Source: Eledone cirrhosa
Taxonomy: Eukaryota
Direction: 5' to 3'
NCBI GenBank assembly: GCA_964016885.1
Contig: OZ024743.1
Span: 89,900,001 to 89,964,000, forward strand
DNA length: 64,000 bases
Shown here: positions 52,301-64,000 of the stretch, piece after piece
Numbering within the stretch: position 1 is the first letter of the stretch
How the letters are laid out: each line of letters starts with the position of its first letter
The notes under the pieces: model-generated
What the model was told of the DNA's origin: nothing
The model's database searches: none
Seen by the model: the letters and a program-made list of their open reading frames with translations, nothing else
Position numbers and translations under genes: made by a program

Positions 52301-53230
52301 ATTGGATTAAATGCTCTGAAATAGCGATATATATGTGAAGATAGACATAGAATATTCGAAAATATTCTGTATGTTTATAATAAACATTTTGAAGACCTAA
52401 TCGCTATAGAATAGAATACGTCACGTATTACAATTAGATTCTCGATAAAAGCAAGGGAAGTAACCTACGCGTTTCATTCTTATTAGAAATCTTCAGGATT
52501 ACATATCCAGTGCTTTTATCGAGAATGACACAGCTAGAGACTTATAGAATACTTAGCTGTGTACATGAACTGGTTTGAAAGAGCGGTTGCCGGTCCGGCA
52601 GAAATTAGAAATTGGATTAAATGCTCTGAAATAGCGATATATATGTGAAGATAGACATAGAATATTCGAAAATATTCTGTATGTTTATAATAAACATTTT
52701 GAAGACCTAATCGCTATAGAATAGAATACGTCACGTATTACAATTAGATTCTCGATAAAAGCAAGGGAAGTAACCTACGCGTTTCATTCTTATTAGAAAT
52801 CTTCAGGATTACATATCCAGTGCTTTTATCGAGAATGACACAGCTAGAGACTTATAGAATACTTAGCTGTGTACATGAACTGGTTTGAAAGAGCGGTTGC
52901 CGGTCCGGCAGAAATTAGAAATTGGATTAAATGCTCTGAAATAGCGATATATATGTGAAGATAGACATAGAATATTCGAAAATATTCTGTATGTTTATAA
53001 TAAACATTTTGAAGACCTAATCGCTATAGAATAGAATACGTCACGTATTACAATTAGATTCTCGATAAAAGCAAGGGAAGTAACCTACGCGTTTCATTCT
53101 TATTAGAAATCTTCAGGATTACATATCCAGTGCTTTTATCGAGAATGACACAGCTAGAGACTTATAGAATACTTAGCTGTGTACATGAACTGGTTTGAAA
53201 GAGCGGTTGCCGGTCCGGCAGAAATTAGAA
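52301..53230 (-). mobile_element. Three head-to-tail copies of a 310-bp HHR unit (non-LTR retrozyme-like concatemer)
   Basis: Units 52301-52610, 52611-52920 and 52921-53230 appear identical. Minus-strand HHRs at 52460-52502, 52770-52812 and 53080-53122: GTAATC-CTGAAGA-tTTCTaataAGAAt-GAAA-CGCG-TA-GGTTAC. Confidence 0.88.
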
Positions 53231-53940
53231 AGCTAAGCATTTAAATATTCTGACATCACCACAGATGAACTTCACATCATTCTCACCGCAAGAAGAACCA
53301 TCTTAGAATTCAACAATGAATACTGGACTAGAGCTGATACTTCCAACAACTTTGATATCACAATGGGTGCTTCCGATTCATCGCAATTGACTGATTTGAT
53401 TGGTAATTTTATTTTGAATTCTTTAAATCGGAAAATTCCTCAACTTCGCGGTGGAATTTATCGTGACGATGGACTTTTTACTATCTTAAATTGCAATTTA
53501 GTTAACCTTAATATTATTAAGAACAATTTACGTGATCTCTTTAAGCAATATAACTTAAAATCGAATTTGATAACAACATCAAACTAGCTAACTTCTTGGA
53601 TATATCCCGTAATCTTGACACTGGCCTATAAAAACAATGAGAATCTAAATTATGTTAATTTTAAATCTAACCACCCTACTAACATTAAAAATGCTATCGT
53701 TAGTAATATTGGAAAAAGAATATCAAACCTATCCTCTAATAAAAATATCTTTGATGCTAACGCCAATTACTATAATAATGCGCCGGTTATCCTGATAAAA
53801 TTAAATACAGTAAAGAAACCAATCCTAGAAGGTCTTACAGTAAAATAATTAATTATGATCATTCCAATAACTTAAATAAAAGACCTAGATACAAAAATAT
53901 AATCTGGTATAATGCTCCTTTTTCTATTTCTATTAATAAT

Positions 53941-54117
53941 AATTGTTTCTACTTTAGGCACAAGGCCAGCAATTACCCAGTACATTACTGGTACTTTATT
54001 TTATCGACCCCGTAAGGATGAAAGGCAAAGTTAACCTCGGCGGGATTTGAACTCAGACTGTAAAGGGACGTAACTATGCTAGAATGCATGGCGTCCAACC
54101 CTCTACCGATACTGCCA
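53941..54117 (-). mobile_element. SINE S1 inserted into the Penelope ORF, with TSD
   Basis: TSD ATTAATAAT at 53932-53940 and 54118-54126. Removing the SINE rejoins WYNAPFSISINNIPK. Confidence 0.9.
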
Positions 54118-56103
54118 ATTAATAATATTCCTAAACTATTATTTAGGGCCTTTGATAAATGCTTCTCTCCTTCACATATCTATAGTAAAATGTTTAACAA
54201 ACATACAATAACATTTTCCTATTCCGCCTCCTCCAATATCTCTAACATTATCTCTAAACACAACAATAAAATATTAAATATTAAATCACATCCTTCCAAC
54301 ACTGAGCGTCATAATAATAGCAGTAGTACTCCCGACGTCATTGTTAACTCTAAGCTAGATTCTTCAAATTCAAATACGACGTCAAACGTAACTTCGTTGA
54401 ATGTTCATAATACCAATCTAAATCAGGAAACTATTATTCCTATCGTAAATAACTTCTCCAATCCAATTCCTCCTAGGTCACTTGTTAATAACTGTGTTAA
54501 TTTCTCTAATCGCAATTGTAATTGCCCTGTTAGAACTAAATGTCCTCTCAATAACCATTGTCTTTATAAAAACTTAGTCTATGAATGTAAGGTTATAACT
54601 GATACCAATTCCTTTACCTATTTCGGTTCCACTTCCACCTCCTTCAAAGCTAGATTTTATAATCACAATTCGTCTTTTAAATACCAACTTAAAAGAACTA
54701 ACACGGCACTCTCAGAACTCATATGGTCCTTGAAAGACAAAAATATTAACTATAACATCTCTTGGAGGAAAGTTTGTTCTGCCTCTCCCTACTTGAATGC
54801 CTCCCTATCCAAAACATGTAATCTTTGCCTATCTGAGAAATTTACCATTATATCTAAATTAAATTCTATAATAAATAGACGCACTGATTTATTTTCACTC
54901 TGCTTGCATAAATTCCACAGAACATTCCATAAAGTATACAGCTAATATCTAATACCTTACTAGTTTAAAATCCTTTTCCTCAAAGGCTTATATATTTTTT
55001 TAAAATATACCCATCTTTCTACCTTATTTCAATATTATTTATTATATATTATATAATACAAGTTACTCATTCTATATCATTCCTCTTTATCACTTTCCTT
55101 TCTTCCTCTTTTCTTTTTTCTTTTTAATTTCTAACCTCTAATCTGTACTTTTTCTTCCTAACTACTTCTTAATTCTTATTATTACTCACCACAACATTAT
55201 CCATTCTTCCATCTTTCTTCATATCATTGCCCATAAAAATTATTATTATCTTTTTAATACATTATAGTATTACCTTTAATAGTCCTTCGTAAACATAAAT
55301 ATTTTTTTTACGTTAGATTTTTCTTCCTTAAATTCCTTATCTCTTCCTTTCATGCTCGTTTGACTTTTACATATTACAATACATAAACACAAACTTAAAC
55401 CCTAACTAATTTCTTTTAATATATTATATTATTACCATTAGAAAATATTTCGTAAACATATATATTTTTTGATGTTAGATATTTTCTTCCTTAAACATTC
55501 TTTTCTTCTTTGCTTTCTGCGCTCATTTTTAAACAAACTATTTACGTACATATATTACGCACACATATTACATTACATAAAAACAAACTTAAACACTAAC
55601 TAATTCCTCTAAATTCATAACTCATCCATTCTTCTACTTCTTTTCACATTATATCCTTAATAACATTAATATTTTTATTTTAATAATACATATTAATAAT
55701 TTCTTTTCCTCGCGCATATTATTAAACCCTTCAATATACAAACCTTAATTTAATATTATTCTTAACCCCTTTTTTCTCTTCATCAACTTTTAATTTCAAA
55801 TTCTTTTAAATTATCTATTATCTTCCAACGGCTTTTTAACTTCTCTCTGTGAGACAATATATATTTTTTCTCAGTTGTAAAGGCTATCTCTCTCTATCAC
55901 CCATCTCTCCTCCTCTCTCATCCTTCCTTCTTATACTGCTCCCCCACCATTCTTTACTCTCATCTCCTCCCCTTCCTTACCTTTAGCACCCCCCCCCCCT
56001 CACTTTTTCCAAATATCACACATCAATCTTAAATTATTTTTCATATGTTGATTTAAAACTTCACTATTCACAAGTGTTTTTTAAGCTTCATATCATGTAT
56101 CCC

Positions 56104-56174
56104 TATTTTATCTGATGAACACGCAGATATCATCTCATGATGATATTTGTTTTTGAAATGCGCATAATAAAATA
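56104..56174 (+). ncRNA. Type I hammerhead ribozyme (family A) at the Penelope 3' end
   Basis: TATTTTAT-CTGATGA-...GCAGATATCATCTCATGATGATATTTGT...-GAAA-TGCGCA-TA-ATAAAATA. Confidence 0.85.
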
Positions 56175-56211
56175 CTTCGAACTCTTTTAACCATATTTTG
56201 ATCTTATATTA

Positions 56212-56442
<231 letters not shown>

Positions 56443-56483
56443 TATATATATATATATATAAATAATATATATATATATATATA

Positions 56484-56554
<71 letters not shown>

Positions 56555-56559
<5 letters not shown>

Positions 56560-56735
56560 GTTTGTAAATGTATAATAAAGCCAAAACAATGCAGCTATGG
56601 GCATAGAATAAAGAATGCAAATGCAAAAGATATTGTTGACAATTGTTGTCCATACCTGCATTGTTTTGGCTTTATTATACATTTACAAACGTTTATACCT
56701 CATTACACAATGCTTCAAGTGAACTATAACTTCCT

Positions 56736-56738
<3 letters not shown>
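56555..56738. mobile_element. Fold-back element family E (second copy)
   Basis: Arms about 56555-56606 / 56650-56696; same tail as 44223-44268. Confidence 0.8.
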
Positions 56739-56826
<88 letters not shown>

Positions 56827-57039
56827 GAAAGTATGGAAATTATTGTGAGCGTGAAGCCAACAGTATTTCATAATATATATATATAATATATATATATGAA
56901 AAATTCAGGACCCCGACGACTGAGCTCCGACCGTTTCAACAGCTACCGATATTACCCACTCTACTAACCCAAGTATCGACCACTCTGGTGAGTAATGGTC
57001 TAACTGGTTTTTACCGCCTCCATTCTGACATATATATAT

Positions 57040-57214
57040 ATTAATTCAAAATATTAATAAATATAGACATTCAACGTAATCAAAATATATTTTATTATAT
57101 ATATTTCGGAGGTACTGTGCTGTTTTTTCAGTACGTCCTCATCAGATAAAATATATAAATTGATGTGTGACATACTTCAACTGTGCTGATGGTTCAATTC
57201 CAGTCTTGGCAGTG

Positions 57215-57215
<1 letters not shown>
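57040..57215 (-). mobile_element. Family B single arm with HHR (57088-57153, -)
   Basis: TATTTTAT-CTGATGA-GGACGTACTG...CAGTACCTCC-GAAA-TATATA-TA-ATAAAATA; stems conserved and loop changed relative to 11511. Confidence 0.8.
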
Positions 57216-57239
<24 letters not shown>

Positions 57240-57245
<6 letters not shown>

Positions 57246-57715
57246 ACTCTTAGACAAGAACAAAAAGAGAGAGGCAGTACAAACATGAGTTTATTAGGTT
57301 CACGCTTTTGAGAGTGGGGGGGGGGGACGTTTCCGGCATAAGCCCTTCATCAGGAGAAAAGTCTGTAGGAAGAGAGTTCCGATGGTGTGTGGGGAAGTGG
57401 TGGAAAGACATTTAGAAAAAAAAGCGGGGGGGAGGAAAAACGAATTTAGAAGTACAAATGAAAATAAAAATAAACATAAAAATAAACATAAAAATAAACA
57501 AGTGGTGGAAGGGTGTGAGGCGTGTAGTTGGTAGAGGGAGGCACGGGGTCCGAGTGGGGAGGGCTGAAGGTGGTGTTTGTGTATGTGTGTAGGTGCACGT
57601 GTGTGTGTGTGCGTGTGTATTTGAACGTGTGAGTTGGGGGAAGAACGAGGTTCCATGTTCAGGAAAAGGGAACCGGTGTGTGCGTGGGGTGGGGTGTAAG
57701 TCGGTGTGGGCGTAT
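57240..57715 (-). mobile_element. Penelope-type 3' segment with degenerate HHR (~57320-57357)
   Basis: Minus strand CTGATGA-AGGGCTTATGCCG-GAAA-CG-TC; the 3' strand of stem I is lost. Confidence 0.5.
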
Positions 57716-57728
57716 ATATATATACACA

Positions 57729-57798
<70 letters not shown>

Positions 57799-57799
<1 letters not shown>

Positions 57800-58243
57800 C
57801 CCTTAAATGCATAGACGGTTGTCCCCCTTGCTTCTGCTGGACATCACCAGAGGTGATGCTACGGCTTCCTAAAATCATATTTCTTTGGAGATATGAAATT
57901 CTTATACATATTGTATAAAGCTATGCTTGAAGCGAAATCTTATTTCTTTTCTATTATAAGTTGAGCCAACTTATGCAGCTTCATATGCAAATGAGATTAA
58001 TCAGCTCATTTACACAGACGAGAAAACTATATATTCTCGGCTGTCTTCTAATACAACAGTCGCAAGCGGTGGGAGGGATCGTCCTGACGAAGGTCAGTTA
58101 AGCCTGAAATGCATAGATGGTTGTCGCCCTTGCTTCTGCTGGATATCACCAGAGGGCGTTGCCCCCCCCCCCCCCCCGGTCCTCGGTGTTTCCATAGCTA
58201 TGGCTTCTTAAAACCGTATCTCTTTGGAGATACGAAATTGTTA
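57799..58243 (+). mobile_element. Family F second copy (1.4 tandem units) with canonical HHR at 58078-58121
   Basis: ATCGTC-CTGACGA-AGGtcagttaagCCT-GAAA-TGCA-TA-GATGGT; TGCATAGAYGGTTGTC occurs at about 57808 and 58110. Confidence 0.85.
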
Positions 58244-58260
58244 TACATATATATATATAT

Positions 58261-58783
58261 AAATGTAATCTGACTTTTTCGAATATTAATAATAATATTC
58301 GATTCGTTTGCAATTATGCAAACAAGCCTCATTTTTAAAGCCATGTCAGTAGAATGAGCTCCTCATTCTACTGACAGTTGTCAGGTGAACAGATTACATT
58401 TATTGTATTCAGCCATGTAGAGCGAAAATTCTTTTTTCATTGAAATGTGGCAAAGCCGGCCATTGATCGCTCGTATACAGGAAACTGACAGGTCAGTCTG
58501 CTGAAATGCAAATCTGGCTGATCAGCCAGTCTGCTAATATGCAAATCAAGTCGATCAGTCACTGTATATTTTAAAAAGTAGTATATATTTTCACTAGCTC
58601 TGACATTTGTCAGGTGACAGTGAACTGTACTGATGAAGGGGGATACCAAGAAACATTAGTGTCTGCAATTCTGTTTACTTGCCAAAATGAGGCTGTTTGC
58701 ATAATTGCAAACGAATCGAATATTATTATTAATATTCGAAAAACTCAGATTACATTTATTGTATTCAGCCATGTAGAGCGAAA

Positions 58784-58787
<4 letters not shown>
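58261..58787. mobile_element. HHR element family G: inverted arm + partial tandem of a 356-nt unit; HHR at 58622-58671 (+)
   Basis: 58261-58335 is the reverse complement of 58684-58757. CAGATTACATTTATTG occurs at 58390 and 58746. HHR: GAACTGTA-CTGATGA-agggggataccaa-GAAA-CAttagTG-TC-TGCAATTC. Confidence 0.75.
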
Positions 58788-58814
<27 letters not shown>

Positions 58815-58818
<4 letters not shown>

Positions 58819-59480
58819 GCGGCCCGTCCGGCTGGCGCCCGGCTAAGTATACTGGTATTTTATCTTTTGAGGAATCTCCCCTCCACTCCAGTGCAAGTCA
58901 GCGAGTGGGGTGGGGGTGGGGGGTAACGTGCACTGATGTTGGGTTTGAATATTTTTAGGATTCCCCAGATCAGCAGCCAGTACGTTAAAGAAAATTGATA
59001 GTTACAACAATAAAGGCTGAACAGAGAACACCCTTTTTAACAAACTTTACAATAATTTGTACAACCATAATGGAAATTCCAAGTAACAGAAAATACATAA
59101 ATTACATTGTTAGAGCCTCAGAGTATGCAATATTTTTTTGTTCGGCATTCGGGAGCAAAGATGAAGAGATTGTTTGGCGAGCTCACCCTAGAGCCTCCTA
59201 CACACAATTGACCATGGGAGAAGCATGGTTTTCCCAGATGAAGGCCAGCCACTTAGGGTTTGATCCTGAGCTTTATTGATGGTAATCGCGAAGCTTAGTC
59301 TCTCTGTTGCTCTAGTAACATTTTTCTTCTGGAAAATCTGATCTTGCGGCCAGGCTAGGACTTTTTGGGTGGCATATCGGCAGTAACGATGACGATAAGC
59401 CGTCTGTGTTTTCGTGAAATAAGTACGTTTGTTTATATATATATATTTTTTTTGTTTTTGTGTATGCAAAAATATCTGTA
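58815..59480 (-). mobile_element. Internally deleted Helitron (Pif1-helicase motif remnant + GC hairpin end)
   Basis: RLSFAITINKAQDQTL and, in a shifted frame, PCFSHGQLCV..SR. GC-rich hairpin near 58820-58845. Confidence 0.65.
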
Positions 59481-59792
59481 CTATATATATTAAAATAACA
59501 GATTAAAGTTTAAGCAAAGAATCGCTGCTTTCACCCTTAACGGGATCTTGTGAAACTAAAATAAATCAATCTGTGAACGCAGAAGTAAATATTTCGAAAA
59601 ACATTGCAAGCGAAGGAAAACAGGAAGACGATACTTTGGTTCGTGAAAACGTTCCCTGGCAATGAGCGGAAAAAAAGCGAAGATAATACGTCAGCAATGA
59701 GAATTTTTGCTCTAGGGTTCTTATATATTTGATATATATTTATCCTTATCGAGCCCTCTTTGGTTTTTAGTCTTCACATTTATTATTATTAC

Positions 59793-59914
<122 letters not shown>

Positions 59915-60333
59915 TTGAGAGGGCGTGCGGTATCTTTGCACTGAATTAATTAAAAGTTGGTTAGAAGCGAAGTCAATGCAGACAGGCAGCCAAACAGACA
60001 GATATTATAAGAGTGCGACGTTATAGATATGTATCTAATGCAGACAGCCAGGCATACAGAGACATTATAAGGGCGCGACGTGCTGGCTATGTATCTATCT
60101 AAAAAGAAAGAGAGAGGAATGTCGTATAACAGGAAGTGTTGACATTTGAAAATTTTAAAGAAGTGAATATTTAAATAAACGATAAAATATCTTTAATCTT
60201 TTAACGAAATTTAGAAGACAAAAATACCCTCACTTTCTTACTTGGAAAAAGTTACATCTATGGTGCAAATTTGGTGCTTTTTGGTCCAGCCGTTTGGCAT
60301 ACATACGGCCGTCATCTTTATAATATATTTATA

Positions 60334-62503
<2,170 letters not shown>

Positions 62504-62586
62504 TATACATATACATATTATTAGTAAAAATTAAAGTTTAAGCAAAGATTCGCTGCTTTCACCCTATTACGGGATCTTCTGAAACT

Positions 62587-62645
<59 letters not shown>

Positions 62646-62987
62646 TATATACAAGCGCGTAGGACTACCAAACACGTCAATCTGAACACAAGCACGCCTA
62701 GAACAAACACAAAGTAATCATCGAATGCCTTATACATAAATAATACACACAGAAGACAAAGCCAACAATAAACAAAACATCTAGTGGACAAGACCATCGG
62801 ATTCCAAACTTGTAAAAATTACATTCGTTAAAACAAAGCCAATCATGAACTAAATGTCTATATTAGAACTAAGACAACCCGTATAATCCCTACCTCAGAC
62901 ATCCTCCGTATATCCTAACCCCTAACCCGCTCTAAGTATTAGTATGGGGGGACAGTCTTTTTCAAGCAGCACCTGTCAAATTACGCA

Positions 62988-63198
<211 letters not shown>

Positions 63199-63244
63199 AA
63201 AGTAAAAAACAACAACACAGGAGTAAAAGTTACGAAAGGTATTA

Positions 63245-63289
<45 letters not shown>

Positions 63290-64000
63290 CGAAGGAAATG
63301 TGATAAGGAACCAGATGGACCATAACGCACCAAAGTACTCAATACTTAGGGTAGTAGAGTGGGTAATAGGAACAAGTATGACCCCGACGGCAGAGCTCAA
63401 GCCGTTTCGACGGCTAATTCTGGACTAAATAAGAATTTTTAGCCTGGTAAATAAATAGCCGAACTTCTCAGGGGGTAATTCCTTATATGGGAAGATAGTA
63501 ATTGTCAAAAGGATTGGTCAAAAATTTGTTGTAAAGACAGATGATTCTATCATGGCATTTAGTGGGAGGTAGGGGTGGCTGAACTTGCCAGTAGAACAAA
63601 GAGGGAGTGGGGGAAACAAAGTCAAGCGTTGAAAGTGAAATCTATACAGCAGATTCTAAGGATAGTGTATAGAAGGTCGAAAGAAGTGTGCTGGAAAAGG
63701 GGAGAGGGGGGGTGAAAGAATAGGTAAATCGAAAAGGAGTAAATATATATATGTGTATGTGTGTGTGTGTGTATACATATGTATTTATATACATACACAC
63801 ACAGACACGCACGTATACATAACGTGGAAGGTCTCGATAAACACGGTGGATCAAGTTGTTCTTTAGTCATTTGACTCTGTATTACAGAATGTGCGTGTTT
63901 GGGTGTGCATATGTGTCATTGCGTCTTTAAGTGTGGATATGAGTATGTATGTACTGTCATGCACATATGAGTATCTATAATCAGTTCTAATGTAGGCACA

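Larger units (their letters stand above)
53231..56210 (+). mobile_element. 5'-truncated Penelope-like element (RT + GIY-YIG), long 3' UTR, terminal HHR
   Basis: FDITMGASDSSQLTDLIG...GIYRDDGL (RT); YVNFKSNHP; IIWYNAPF; CNC...CPLNNHCL..NLVYEC...TYFGSTSTSFKARFYNH...CNLCLSEK (GIY-YIG). HHR at 56104-56174. Confidence 0.92.

Noticed and set aside
52301-53230. CRISPR or rRNA/snRNA tandem array
   Set aside because: No spacers and no recognisable 5S or snRNA motifs; the unit is explained by the HHR.
54076-54120. Start codon of the 289-aa ORF
   Set aside because: The ATG and first residues come from the inserted antisense SINE; the rest is the Penelope GIY-YIG region.

Overview
AT-rich, repeat-saturated eukaryotic (animal) DNA. 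The SINE families and microsatellite load resemble an octopod cephalopod genome (inference). No host protein-coding exon can be supported, and almost all listed ORFs are microsatellite artefacts. Real content: (i) a 5'-truncated Tx1/L1-group LINE with an uninterrupted ORF2 (APE-RT-CCHC; 46576-50013) inserted in (TA)n; (ii) decayed fragments of R4/Dong, CRE, RTE, CR1-like, Helitron and hAT-like elements; (iii) many tRNA-derived SINEs; (iv) a 24-bp satellite, a 51-bp minisatellite with a 1140-codon open frame and a (GGT)n tract; (v) two Penelope-like (RT + GIY-YIG) relics. The main signal is a dense population of type-I hammerhead ribozyme (HHR) motifs (stem I-CTGANGA-stem II-GAAA-stem III-TH-stem I'), about 25-30 canonical or near-canonical copies by eye. 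They belong to about 10 distinct non-coding families, nearly all inserted in (TA)n with one architecture: a head-to-head fold-back and/or partial or complete tandem copies of a 310-470 nt unit. One is an apparently exact triple concatemer of a 310-nt HHR unit fused in inverted orientation to a 5'-truncated Penelope RT. This fits non-autonomous, circular-RNA 'retrozyme'-type elements mobilised by Penelope machinery. Pairings were read by eye; no folding or database search was run.
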